Shown in pieces: positions 50,118 to 60,771 of a stretch of DNA of 64,000 nt (position 1 is the stretch's first letter; the number at the start of each line of letters is the position of its first letter). Made by a program: the position numbers and the translations under genes. The notes beneath the pieces were generated by a model, which had not been told where the DNA came from, did no database searches, and was given only the letters and a program-made list of their open reading frames with translations. Source of the DNA: a virus. The DNA lies in the IMG/VR virus record IMGVR_UViG_3300027702_000001. One strand, written 5' to 3'.

Positions 50118-53100
50118 TTAATGCCATAACACGAAGGTTTTTGAGTTCGGGGACGTATGCTTGGTTCCTAGAGGTCATAATAATTTTGATCTGTGCAGAA
50201 CTAAACTCGGTTCCTTCGAACGTATATTCGAGGTCACGATATAGAATACCTTCTGTCTTAGCAACAGTTTTGTCTTCTTTACCGTTTCCGTTAAAATATG
50301 TATAACCGATCTCATCAAACGTTAATGATGTACCAACAGGCATTGTCCTGTACATCACGTGGATCTCGGTATCTGGATGTCTCCACGCTTCAAATGAAAC
50401 CCTCAAGGAGTTGGCAGGTTGAAGCAGGTTCATAACCTTAGAGATGTACACTGCTGAGTTTAGATCACCTGTTCTATCTTCAGCATTAGAATTAGCAGCA
50501 GGAATCTGATTAATTCTGTTAGATGTTGTAATGAGTGAACAACGATCACGGTCAACGATTGGTGACAAGTTCTTATTAGATGTACTCATCAACAACTGGA
50601 AGTTGAGTGACTTAGAACCAGATAGTTTGGCATCTTCATTAACTTGTGAACAAACCATCTTGGGGAATCCAAGGTAGTTGTCTTCGTTAGCAATACAGTC
50701 GATGAACACACCATCATTAATGAATGATGCTTCGTTTGTATTTGCTCCATCCAAGAGAGAAGTTGCAGATACAACGTTGATTCTAGGATCAACATCAGTC
50801 TCAGGATAAACAGTCATCTGAATCTGAGGATAGAACTGTTCAAACTGGATGTTCTGTGTTGATGTAACTCTTGATCCACCATTTCTAATACCATTGCTAG
50901 ACACAGATGTAACTGCAATCTTGTAAGTATCAAGTGTGGGTGAACCAATCTGGGTATGAAGTTTGTTAATTTCTACCAGTGGAATACCATCAAGGTTATA
51001 ACATTCAATAATCGTGCTGGCATTATGAACCAGAGCAGCAGTTCCTGCTTGACCACGAGAACCTGAAGGTAGAGTTAGGATCTTACCATCACTAGAGATG
51101 CCATTGTACTGGACGATCTCAAAATGTTTCTGTCCAACTTCAGGATCACGAAGAATGATATATCCAGGGTTACTAGTAGAAACTGCAGAACCATTAATAA
51201 GTGTGTGGAATGCAGATGCATCAGCAACGTGTAACTGGAATGTACCAGACACACCATCAGAGGCAGTGATACCGTTTGTATGATATGCAGAGTCAATAAT
51301 TGTAGGAGCAACTTCTGAGATACATCCTTCAATCTTGACGTTGTTAGCAACGTCGTGCATACAGTGGTTAGCGTGATGAACAGTAACCTCAGTTGCTTTG
51401 TTGAAGTATGAGATAGGAGCAGAAGCATAATCATTAATGTCATCACCACTTGATGCCACACCACCAGAACCAATCGTACCAGAACCAGTTGTCTGAGAGT
51501 TGATTGTCTGAGTGATAGGATCAGCAGGAGCAAATGTACCTGTGACAGACTTAACTGTTAGGAGTCCTGAACCTGCGTTCCAAGCGGTAACCATACCAGA
51601 TGCACCAGTACCATTAGAAATTGCTTCATTAACTGTAAATGTACCTGTGACACCAGTCAGAGTGAGGTTAGCAATAGATCTAGATGAAACCAATCTGTAG
51701 ATGTAGTTTGCACCAGATGCAACACCTTCCCTGAATTCACCCTGAACATCATCAACAATAATGTAAGAGTTAGATGAACCTGAGATACCTTGAACAACTT
51801 CTCTAACGATCGCAGAAGGAACTGGGTTAGTATCAGTCTGAGTAATCTCAGCACCGATAGTAAAGTTAGCAACGTGATCAGAAAGAATAATCTTAAGTTG
51901 TGGTTTCAGTGTTTCGATAGGATTGTGACGCAATCTGCTAATACCACCGTTACCAATAGCAAGTTGAGAGTTATTGAATACAGCAGTACCAGTTGAGTTC
52001 TCAGCGAACTCTGCCTTATGAAGGATAAACTTAAGATCCTCATACTGGTCAGCAGTCCAAGTAGAAGCGTTCTGTGATTTAAAGAGAACACCTGCATATG
52101 GTTGCTCAGAGATCGTTCTATCGTTCGTAATATCATCCTCACCCATTCTGGAGATCCAGAGTTTATATTCGTTGGAGTCAGAAAGAACAACCAAACAATA
52201 TTCTCTATTCTCTGTCACATAGATTGGTGATGAGAATGTAAATCTAGTAGAGACTGTTCCGTTTTCAGATAGATTAATCTGTGAAGGAAGAAGTGTAACG
52301 TCAGAGAATGCAAGAACTTTAGTGGTTGGATAACCATTTGCCATCTCTCTAACCTGTACAGATACTGGGATTCTCTCATCCTTAGTATTAAAGTACAAGT
52401 CACAACCAGTAATAAATGCACCACCTTTAGACTCAACCAAGAAGGACTGAGCAAGAGGGTCATACCAACCTGTGTCTCTTGTTGATGTACTTGAACTGTT
52501 AACGGTTCTACCTTGAGTAACAGTGTCTCTAACAACATCGGCGTTTCTAACAGCAAGAATAGTTGTCTGCTTAGTCTCGATGACACCAGATGCAACGTAG
52601 TTAGCAGATGCAGCAGAGTCAACCTGACCAGGAACTCTAGAGTCAGTTGATGAAGTTGTAAGACGGATAACACGTGTACCTGTAGCAAATCTTGGGTTGG
52701 TATCAACACCAGGATTAGGAATCCACATAATACCTTCAAGGTCACCGTTGGTGTTAGCAACAAGACGCTTAGTCTTAACAACAGCACGAGCACCAGATGT
52801 TTGACCAACAAGGATCTCACCCTCTAGAGGGTTACCGTAGTAAGCACCTGCAACTGTCTCCGACATAATTTTAGTGTCGATATTAAGGAGAGGTGTAGTT
52901 GATGCATAGGAACTAGGAAGTTCACTAGAATCAAATGGGTTTAGATCATCATCAAAACCAGTGTTAGGATCCATCAACTTGAGATGACAATCAGATGACT
53001 GACCAACTACTGTCTCTCCAACAACGAAAGGTGTGTTGTTTGTTCTTGTATCATCAATAGGATTCTTAATAACTTCAAGCAATCGAGGCGTTGTGTAGAA

Positions 53101-56100
53101 ATTAACATTAACGTTATCGATGAAAGCATAGAATCTGGTGTTTGGTTTCAGACGCTGGATCTTAAATGCAATATTTCTTGATCTAATGAAAGGAATAACT
53201 GTACGCTCAATAACTCTATCACCAAGAGATTGACGGTCAATTCTAGGAACAACGTTAGTTCTAAGACCAGTTCTAGATTGGTTACTAGTAGTATTTGTGG
53301 TGTTAGTATTAATTCTTCTGATAAACGGCCAAGAACCTCTTCTCATAAACTGAGATGAAGAAGAACTGCTGCTGGAAGACCAGTTAGTTCTCCAAGAGTT
53401 CCACTGTGTAGGAACAAAACCTGTGTTGGTGTCACCACCAAGTGCTTGAACCTGTGCAGTGAAGTCACCTTCAATGTTCACAACTCTATCTGGTTCTCTC
53501 TCTTCTGCTACCCAGTCGTCAGATGATGGGAATAGATCCAATCTACCGATGTAAGCAAACACGTTGAATGGGTTTACATTCTCAACTCGTGATGCATAAG
53601 GTTGAACAATAAACTGAATTTCGTTATATGGGAGAGTCAGTGTACCAACACTATGGTTAGTAACAGCATTAGATGCAACTTCGTTATACTCAAGAGCAAC
53701 GTTTGTTGTATAGTGAGACGCTCTCAAGATACCTTCAGAGAAGTCAAGAGCACAAGCAAAGTCTTCGTGTCTAGTTTGAGCAGAATCGAATGATGTAAAG
53801 TTATCAACTAAGAATCCATTCTTGAATTTATCAAAACCATCAGCATCCTTAACAGAGAATGATGCAGTTTCCATCTCAAGAAGGTTTAGAGATGTGTAAT
53901 ACTCAAGGTTATCAACTCTCTTTTCAATCCTACCGATGTCACGCATTGTGAAACGTCGGTTATTTTCTCTAGAAATTCTTACATCTGCAGGACTATAACC
54001 ATATGGTTTATGGAAGAATGTTGCCATTAGCATTGCATTATCCATATCACCTGGGAGTTCTTGGTTTTCACCAGAAATACCCTTGGCAATCTTAAACTCT
54101 TGCTGGTCAGTTAGGAATAATTTGTCAACTCTACCTAGGTAGTAGTCGTAGTCACAACGGAAATCTGACTCAGGTTTTGGAATATCAATAACCGTAGCGT
54201 TATTTGCAACACCACCAGAAGAGAATCCTCTATCTTTAAAGTCGAGTGATGCACAGTTTACAAAGTATGGTGAACCTACAGTACCAGATCCTGAAAGAAC
54301 GGGAGTAACGGCGGGTCTGAAGTCAAGAACATCTCTAAGTTCCTTTGTTTCACCGTCAAGACTTACAGAAGGAATCTTTCCATAGTCAATACCAACATAA
54401 GATTGAGCAGCAAAATAGTCACCCGTTGCTTCGTGAGTGAATCTATCAAACACAATCATCAACTTTCTAAGAGGTTTTGTTGATGATGCATACCTAACAA
54501 GTTTAGAAATATCGTAGAAGTGACCTTTCTGATTAGCATCAAGGAAGAAATCTGTAGTAATATTTCTAGAACCATTATCGATAGATCCTTCTGCATCATT
54601 TGAAAGACCAGAGATAACTTCATCGTTAGCATCGAAACCACGAATAGTTTCACCTAACTGGAAGAATGTATCGTTTTCATATACAAAGTGGCAGACGTAT
54701 GAAACAGCGTTAAAGTTTACAACACGCCCTTTTGCTTTAGATGTCTGACCTTCAATAATAGTACCTTCTTTGAAGATGGTTGCATCTTGCATTTGAAGGT
54801 TAGGAATTATAGCAGCATTATCGTCTGATGATTCATAGATGGCGTGAACGTTATAAACGTCAGTAGCTCCAAGTGAAATCTCTTCGTCTTCAATACGAGT
54901 TCCAAACAATGAACCATATGTAAGACCATACTTAACAGCATCAGATGAGTTAGTGGTTCTCTCAACCTTCATAACTTCCATCTGAGTAGCATTCTTCAAC
55001 TTCTTCTCTGCTTGGTTTTTAGAGATAGAAGCGATCAAACGACAAGATGTAACACCAGTCAAACCAGAAACAGTCAATGATGTTCTTGGAGTACCAGTTG
55101 TGTTAAATGCAAGATTTGATTCGATGTCAATCAGTGTACCTGGGGTAGGTGCAAGAGATACCAACTGATAGTGATCCTTATCATATGCAAGGAACTGTTC
55201 GTCAGCAGGTAGAGAAATCGTAAAGTCGTTAGCACCAGTAACTGTGATGTCGTCAAAAGAACGTGCAACAATAGCAGATTCATCACTAATATTATTGATC
55301 GATTCTTTTGGCATCTCGATCATAAGATCAGCAGTCTCTCTATCATAAATCTGAGGACGCAATCTAACTAAGAATCCATAATCTCCTGCTGGAATATTGT
55401 TACCAGAGTAGGTAGCACCTGTAGCAGTTGTAATCTTATTATCAATATTACCTGAAACAGTGCTAATTCTATCAGCGAACAGAGAGTTTACTCCGTTCTG
55501 AGTAAAGATGTCATTCGGTCTGATGTCTAATGTGAAGTTAGATTGTGTACCAGTCAATGTACCAGTAGCACCACCAGAACTTACATTAAAGTTTGTACCA
55601 AGAATAACAACCTGAGCATCATTAATAAGATCTCCAGCAAATCTAATATTATTTGTATCTGGATCTCTACCGATCATTGAACGTGCATCGGTAACTTGGA
55701 ATGAGAAATGATCGTTTAGAGTACCGATTTCAATACCATCACGCTCAAGAATCTCCCCATTTCGGAATGAACCATAAACTTGATAAACGTTGAATACCGA
55801 TGCACCTGATACATCGCCTTCAACGAATGCTTTTGCCTTAGAAGTTCTACCTCTAATAACGTGACCCTGAGTAAGTGTGACTGCAGCATCTGTCTTGAAG
55901 ATTGTTAGGGGTTGTAGGTCAAATACATATGCTTTAAAAACTGTTGCTGTTGAAGTTACATTAGTACCACTATGATATTCATATGCAGCGATACGACCAA
56001 GTGCAACAATCTGACCATTACTGGAAAGGCTATTACCTTGTGCTTGATCTCTAAACTCAATAACTTGATAGTTGGCAGTAATATTATTACCGTTGATGAT

Positions 56101-57318
56101 AGGGGACCCCTGTACATTATTCATCAACATATACTGACCCAACTCAAACGGGATGATTGAGTTCTGTAATGCAAGAGTTTCTCTTGGTTTCAACAAGTCA
56201 ATGAAACTAGGAACCAGAGTTTCTGATTCGTAACCCTTAACATATGCTTTACCAGGTCCAATCTCTACAGCATAGTGTGCAGTAGATGCATTGTTACCTT
56301 GAGGTGAAATCTCTCCAGGAAGATATACACCACCATTAGAACCATCATTATAATGTTCTCTAATTCTTACATCAAAATCACGAACAGTATAATCACCAGA
56401 TTCGTCAAATGTTCTTCTAGCAAGTTCTTTTGCTAGTTCGTTATATGCAGATCTTTCTACAAAACTTTCAATCTGAGATTTATTGATTCTTAGAAGTTCG
56501 ATGAAGTTTTTATCAGTATCATCATCGATAACTTTTTTAACTAGACTGGTTCTGATCCTAAATCTGTGAGCACCAGGAGCAGAATAGTTAGATGTACCAG
56601 TAGCATTATCGTTTAGATTTGGATCATCTTCAGGAGTAACGATAGATTCAAAAATTTCTAGACCAATCCTATACGAAGGATTGTTTGTATATTGATCAAG
56701 AATGATAGTTTGTTCAAGAACATCTACAAAGTGTCCTCTAATAAAGTAAACACCATTAGCAATACTAGCAGTAGAACCTACAGCAGTAGAGTTAGTAGGA
56801 AGCAACTGTGCAAATGGAGTTCCAATTTCAATTAGAGATGAACCGTAAGTAATCTCAGAAGCACAAACCAACTGTTCGTTATCAACAAACTCTCTTGTAT
56901 CTGAATCTGAACCACCAGATGTTAGATACTTAACGTATAATGTGATATAACCACGCTCAGATGTAGTAGAAGAAATACTGAATATAACTTTTGCTTTGAT
57001 ACCAGTGGTAAGACCTTCAACGATTCTACCAGTAATTTGTTGTCTATATTGTTCAACGTCTGCACCCAAGAATGATCCTTGGAGAATAACTGCTTTAGCA
57101 TCAAGGTCGTAACCAATCTGACCAGGGATGACCATACTGCCATCCTTAAACATATGCGTACCAAACGACTCAACCTGATTTTGCATCAGAGATTGAAGCG
57201 TCGTCAGTTCACGAGCTTGGATAGGGTACCCAGGGCGGAACAGCACTCGGTAAAAATTATTCGCCTTATCGAAATCATCGAAATAAGGAGCGATATTCAG
57301 ATTGGTATTCTGAGGCAT
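50107..57318 (-). CDS. Giant baseplate/tail structural protein (DUF4815/VrlC-like), 2403 aa
   Basis: MPQNTNLNIAPYFDDFD...FYRVLFRPG..IQARELT.LQS; DKFKNGFLVDNF; DPLAQSF. Confidence 0.9.
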   Translation of the reverse strand: MPQNTNLNIAPYFDDFDKANNFYRVLFRPGYPIQARELTTLQSLMQNQVESFGTHMFKDGSMVIPGQIGYDLDAKAVILQGSFLGADVEQYRQQITGRIVEGLTTGIKAKVIFSISSTTSERGYITLYVKYLTSGGSDSDTREFVDNEQLVCASEITYGSSLIEIGTPFAQLLPTNSTAVGSTASIANGVYFIRGHFVDVLEQTIILDQYTNNPSYRIGLEIFESIVTPEDDPNLNDNATGTSNYSAPGAHRFRIRTSLVKKVIDDDTDKNFIELLRINKSQIESFVERSAYNELAKELARRTFDESGDYTVRDFDVRIREHYNDGSNGGVYLPGEISPQGNNASTAHYAVEIGPGKAYVKGYESETLVPSFIDLLKPRETLALQNSIIPFELGQYMLMNNVQGSPIINGNNITANYQVIEFRDQAQGNSLSSNGQIVALGRIAAYEYHSGTNVTSTATVFKAYVFDLQPLTIFKTDAAVTLTQGHVIRGRTSKAKAFVEGDVSGASVFNVYQVYGSFRNGEILERDGIEIGTLNDHFSFQVTDARSMIGRDPDTNNIRFAGDLINDAQVVILGTNFNVSSGGATGTLTGTQSNFTLDIRPNDIFTQNGVNSLFADRISTVSGNIDNKITTATGATYSGNNIPAGDYGFLVRLRPQIYDRETADLMIEMPKESINNISDESAIVARSFDDITVTGANDFTISLPADEQFLAYDKDHYQLVSLAPTPGTLIDIESNLAFNTTGTPRTSLTVSGLTGVTSCRLIASISKNQAEKKLKNATQMEVMKVERTTNSSDAVKYGLTYGSLFGTRIEDEEISLGATDVYNVHAIYESSDDNAAIIPNLQMQDATIFKEGTIIEGQTSKAKGRVVNFNAVSYVCHFVYENDTFFQLGETIRGFDANDEVISGLSNDAEGSIDNGSRNITTDFFLDANQKGHFYDISKLVRYASSTKPLRKLMIVFDRFTHEATGDYFAAQSYVGIDYGKIPSVSLDGETKELRDVLDFRPAVTPVLSGSGTVGSPYFVNCASLDFKDRGFSSGGVANNATVIDIPKPESDFRCDYDYYLGRVDKLFLTDQQEFKIAKGISGENQELPGDMDNAMLMATFFHKPYGYSPADVRISRENNRRFTMRDIGRIEKRVDNLEYYTSLNLLEMETASFSVKDADGFDKFKNGFLVDNFTSFDSAQTRHEDFACALDFSEGILRASHYTTNVALEYNEVASNAVTNHSVGTLTLPYNEIQFIVQPYASRVENVNPFNVFAYIGRLDLFPSSDDWVAEEREPDRVVNIEGDFTAQVQALGGDTNTGFVPTQWNSWRTNWSSSSSSSSSQFMRRGSWPFIRRINTNTTNTTSNQSRTGLRTNVVPRIDRQSLGDRVIERTVIPFIRSRNIAFKIQRLKPNTRFYAFIDNVNVNFYTTPRLLEVIKNPIDDTRTNNTPFVVGETVVGQSSDCHLKLMDPNTGFDDDLNPFDSSELPSSYASTTPLLNIDTKIMSETVAGAYYGNPLEGEILVGQTSGARAVVKTKRLVANTNGDLEGIMWIPNPGVDTNPRFATGTRVIRLTTSSTDSRVPGQVDSAASANYVASGVIETKQTTILAVRNADVVRDTVTQGRTVNSSSTSTRDTGWYDPLAQSFLVESKGGAFITGCDLYFNTKDERIPVSVQVREMANGYPTTKVLAFSDVTLLPSQINLSENGTVSTRFTFSSPIYVTENREYCLVVLSDSNEYKLWISRMGEDDITNDRTISEQPYAGVLFKSQNASTWTADQYEDLKFILHKAEFAENSTGTAVFNNSQLAIGNGGISRLRHNPIETLKPQLKIILSDHVANFTIGAEITQTDTNPVPSAIVREVVQGISGSSNSYIIVDDVQGEFREGVASGANYIYRLVSSRSIANLTLTGVTGTFTVNEAISNGTGASGMVTAWNAGSGLLTVKSVTGTFAPADPITQTINSQTTGSGTIGSGGVASSGDDINDYASAPISYFNKATEVTVHHANHCMHDVANNVKIEGCISEVAPTIIDSAYHTNGITASDGVSGTFQLHVADASAFHTLINGSAVSTSNPGYIILRDPEVGQKHFEIVQYNGISSDGKILTLPSGSRGQAGTAALVHNASTIIECYNLDGIPLVEINKLHTQIGSPTLDTYKIAVTSVSSNGIRNGGSRVTSTQNIQFEQFYPQIQMTVYPETDVDPRINVVSATSLLDGANTNEASFINDGVFIDCIANEDNYLGFPKMVCSQVNEDAKLSGSKSLNFQLLMSTSNKNLSPIVDRDRCSLITTSNRINQIPAANSNAEDRTGDLNSAVYISKVMNLLQPANSLRVSFEAWRHPDTEIHVMYRTMPVGTSLTFDEIGYTYFNGNGKEDKTVAKTEGILYRDLEYTFEGTEFSSAQIKIIMTSRNQAYVPELKNLRVMALSDL

Positions 57319-57322
57319 TGGT

Positions 57323-58858
57323 TTAGAACTCTACTACGATCTTAATGTCTTCAATTTGGTCGCCAGCACGGGAGATTGCTCTCCTATTGTCTATGTAGAT
57401 GACTTTTCCAGAGTCCTTTTTCACCTCAGATTTGGCGTAACCAGAAGTGAAAGACATACCTAGGTCATACTCAGTGTTATTAATAACACGAGTTGCTTCA
57501 CCAGGTACGATAGGGAAGTTAATATCAGGGTCGGCAGAAGTACCAGAACCTGAACCAACAACAGTGTTACCACCATCAAAGACTGTTTTATTACCAGAGA
57601 TTTCAGGGAAGATACCGTCAACTCTGTTTTGGTAATACTTAAGAACTTTTGTTGTTGAGTTCCAAGACACAACTCGACCTCTAGCAGTCACTTGTTGACC
57701 ACCAACAGTACGAGTTTGAGTAATAATTTCGTCAGTATTAAATGAACCTGTGAAGTCGGGCGAGAAAATCACAGCGTTAGTAGCAGACAAAGTAATAGCG
57801 TCTGCCAATTCTTCAGTACCATACTTCAGAGGATTCAGAACCAAACCGATACGTCTGTAATCGTTATCAGTTGGGAAATCTCCAGAACCTTCATCGTATG
57901 TGAACTTAGTGTTGATCATTGTACGGAACCCACCCAATTCAATTTGGGGACCTGAACCGTGTCCACCTTTCGGAGGAATGATAACGTCGATAGCACCACC
58001 AGATCCAGTACCAGCACCGATACCGTTAATCTCATCAATGATGACTTTACCAAAGGAATAGTTGGCACCACCAGAAGTTACAGTAGCAGAGACGATACGA
58101 CCACCGTCAACCACAACAGATATTCTTCCACCAGTTCCATCGCCTTTGATTGGGATGTTCTCGTATGTACCGTTGTTATATCCAGAACCTGCAGATTGGA
58201 TAACAACAGTGTCAATCTCACCACCAACAGCGTCAGACACAACAGCAGTATCAATCAACACAGGCATATAATCACCTGAGAAGAATTTCAGTACCTGACC
58301 AACAGGGATCGTGTACATATACTTCCAACGATAACCGTCAGCAGTTGTGATAATAGATGTAGATGTACCTGTCGGTTCAACCGTTGATGGTTTACCGTTA
58401 GGATCACTTGGTGATGTTCCATTGTAAATGCACTTATACGTTTGATAAGATGAGTTAACAACGTAGAAGTCAGCATCATATAGTTTGGTAGCACCAGAAG
58501 ATGCAGTCTTACTGGATGAATAATCGTGACGATACATATCGTACACATAACCCAAACCACCAGTGGTTTGCTCGGGTGGGATCCAGTCAATACGACGAAT
58601 AACCTGAACAGCGTCGTTCGCAAGAACACGCTTCATCGAGATCATATCATCGAATGAATCAGAAAACTCCTGGAAAGAATCAACGGGGGTCGGAGGATTA
58701 TTCTCGTTATCCCATTCCTGAGGACGCCCAATGTACACATACAGACGGTCTCTGTTTGCACCAGCAGCTATGTCACTCTGGTTCTTGTCAGGACCTTCCA
58801 GTGATTTGATGAATTTTTCCGCAGTAAAAATTCTAAATTGGTCAGTGAGTAGTGCCAT
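57323..58858 (-). CDS. gp8: Baseplate wedge subunit
   Basis: ITDQFRI-like N-terminus (LTDQFRI), YVYIGRP..W, YKCIYNG, DGYRWKYMY and DYRRIGL..NP. Confidence 0.92.
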   Translation of the reverse strand: MALLTDQFRIFTAEKFIKSLEGPDKNQSDIAAGANRDRLYVYIGRPQEWDNENNPPTPVDSFQEFSDSFDDMISMKRVLANDAVQVIRRIDWIPPEQTTGGLGYVYDMYRHDYSSSKTASSGATKLYDADFYVVNSSYQTYKCIYNGTSPSDPNGKPSTVEPTGTSTSIITTADGYRWKYMYTIPVGQVLKFFSGDYMPVLIDTAVVSDAVGGEIDTVVIQSAGSGYNNGTYENIPIKGDGTGGRISVVVDGGRIVSATVTSGGANYSFGKVIIDEINGIGAGTGSGGAIDVIIPPKGGHGSGPQIELGGFRTMINTKFTYDEGSGDFPTDNDYRRIGLVLNPLKYGTEELADAITLSATNAVIFSPDFTGSFNTDEIITQTRTVGGQQVTARGRVVSWNSTTKVLKYYQNRVDGIFPEISGNKTVFDGGNTVVGSGSGTSADPDINFPIVPGEATRVINNTEYDLGMSFTSGYAKSEVKKDSGKVIYIDNRRAISRAGDQIEDIKIVVEF

Positions 58859-58880
58859 TGGACAGTTTCTACCTTCTCTT

Positions 58881-58888
58881 TATTTATA
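58881..58888 (-). promoter_or_regulatory. Late promoter TATAAATA for gp8
   Basis: Exact consensus 23 nt before the ATG. Confidence 0.85.
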
Positions 58889-58892
58889 GGGG

Positions 58893-60767
58893 TTAGTCTG
58901 GTTCGTTTCTAATATATGAAAGATATTCAATTTTCAAGGGTGTACCAACTACTCCTGTCGAACCGCCAGTGAGAGTTTCGTTAGCATTCCAAAGATAGTT
59001 TCCAGCGTTTGCAACGACTGTTTTAACTACCAAAGTTTTGGATGCATTATCCCAAGATTTCACAGTCGCAGTAATACCTGTGATGGATCCTGTAACAGTT
59101 TCATCAACTGTAAAGTTACCAGTAACAGGGTCAGTGCTACGCATAATAAATTGCACCTCAGCAGGGTGCAGATCACCATCTCCCAGTTCTCCAGCAACGG
59201 AAACTGTGGGAGATAATGGAGGACTGGAACCATCCGCCATTTGGTCTCCAATCGCAAACAGAGTAGTATTGGTACCACCAACGGTCTCCTCAATACCATA
59301 AAGTGATGATGCAATACCACCATCAAGACTTATCTCTCCTTGGAAGTCAGTGTTTGTATTGATCAAATCGGGAATACCATCCCCAAGACCACCAACTTCA
59401 TCATCATCTTCGAATGCTTTATCTTGAATGTAACTAATAGGAACAGTCAAGGTAATGATTCTGGCATCTGCAAGGTCAATCAGAGTGTGAGGTTCCACAC
59501 CAGTAGCAGATGCTGAAGCAACACCACCACTAAAGTCAATCACCTGTGATTTAACTTGAGAAGATCCACCATCAATGAAAGCAAGTTCATCCACCTCGAA
59601 GACGAGGTAGAGTGCTCTCTCAGATGGGATCCAATCATATACTCTCGCAATCTTATTACTGGAACTTTCGGTTGTTCTAGTAACCCTATCTCCTACGTTA
59701 AAGGTATATCCTGAGACACCATTTGAATCATTTGCTAATGAATCAATTAGAACCTTTTGATCGTATCGGAAGTTAAGAGCACGGTCGCAACCAGTGAATG
59801 AGGTAAGTGTTTTACCTGTATATCTAATAACCTCTCTACCGATAAGAATCTTACCTGAACCAGGATAAGGAGCAGTCGTTTGTACATAGATTGTTTGATC
59901 GTTCTCGTCTACATCTGCAAGTAGACCAGATATGTTATATAGATTTGAATTATAAGATTGACGGTTACGTGCCTGTTTTGTAAGGTCGGTGTTCCTCGTG
60001 AATAACACTTGAGGAGCAGATGAATAACCGCCTCCAGGATTAACAACATCAATGGTTGTAATAGAACCTAGATTGATATTTGCTTTCGCAGTACCACCAG
60101 ATCCACCACCTCCATTAAGCAAGATCGTAGGTGCAGTTTCATAGAACTCACCAACGTTAGAAACATCGATAGATTTGATAACACCAAATTCATCGACTTC
60201 TGCAACACCAGTTGCACCTTGACCCCCGCCACCAGAGACAACTAAGTTGATGTCTCCCAACTCATAGTTTGCACCAGGAACTTCTAGTGACAAACCAGTA
60301 ACAAGACCAACAACAGGACGGAGTTCAGCACCTGATCCACCACCACCTTTTACTTCGGCAGTTGTGGGAGATGAGAAATACTCGTCACCGTTAGACAAAA
60401 CTTGTATGTATTGAATAGATCCAGCAGGAGCAATGATAGTACCATCAGGTGCAACTTCATCTTGCTCATACAAGATTGCTTTTGCTACTGCACCGTGACC
60501 TACACCAGTTGTATCTAAGTCAATTCTAAATGGATCGTACCCCTCACCAGGATCCAAAACTCTTACTGAAGCAATCTGACCATTTGAAACTACTGGTTGT
60601 AAGACTGCCGCTCTGATTGGGGTACCACAATTACCGATTGTAAGTTGAGGAGGATCGGAAGAATTATAACCAGTTCCACCATCCACCACATAAACCTCTC
60701 TAACCCCAAATATGGAGTTAAAGATAGGTTCAATAATAGCGCCGCTTCCTGGTACTGTTCTTGGCAT
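58893..60767 (-). CDS. Baseplate-associated structural protein with gp7-type Gly-rich repeats, 624 aa
   Basis: Repeated V..GG.GY...P.V...GGGG.GA units. Confidence 0.8.
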   Translation of the reverse strand: MPRTVPGSGAIIEPIFNSIFGVREVYVVDGGTGYNSSDPPQLTIGNCGTPIRAAVLQPVVSNGQIASVRVLDPGEGYDPFRIDLDTTGVGHGAVAKAILYEQDEVAPDGTIIAPAGSIQYIQVLSNGDEYFSSPTTAEVKGGGGSGAELRPVVGLVTGLSLEVPGANYELGDINLVVSGGGGQGATGVAEVDEFGVIKSIDVSNVGEFYETAPTILLNGGGGSGGTAKANINLGSITTIDVVNPGGGYSSAPQVLFTRNTDLTKQARNRQSYNSNLYNISGLLADVDENDQTIYVQTTAPYPGSGKILIGREVIRYTGKTLTSFTGCDRALNFRYDQKVLIDSLANDSNGVSGYTFNVGDRVTRTTESSSNKIARVYDWIPSERALYLVFEVDELAFIDGGSSQVKSQVIDFSGGVASASATGVEPHTLIDLADARIITLTVPISYIQDKAFEDDDEVGGLGDGIPDLINTNTDFQGEISLDGGIASSLYGIEETVGGTNTTLFAIGDQMADGSSPPLSPTVSVAGELGDGDLHPAEVQFIMRSTDPVTGNFTVDETVTGSITGITATVKSWDNASKTLVVKTVVANAGNYLWNANETLTGGSTGVVGTPLKIEYLSYIRNEPD

Positions 60768-60771
60768 TTAC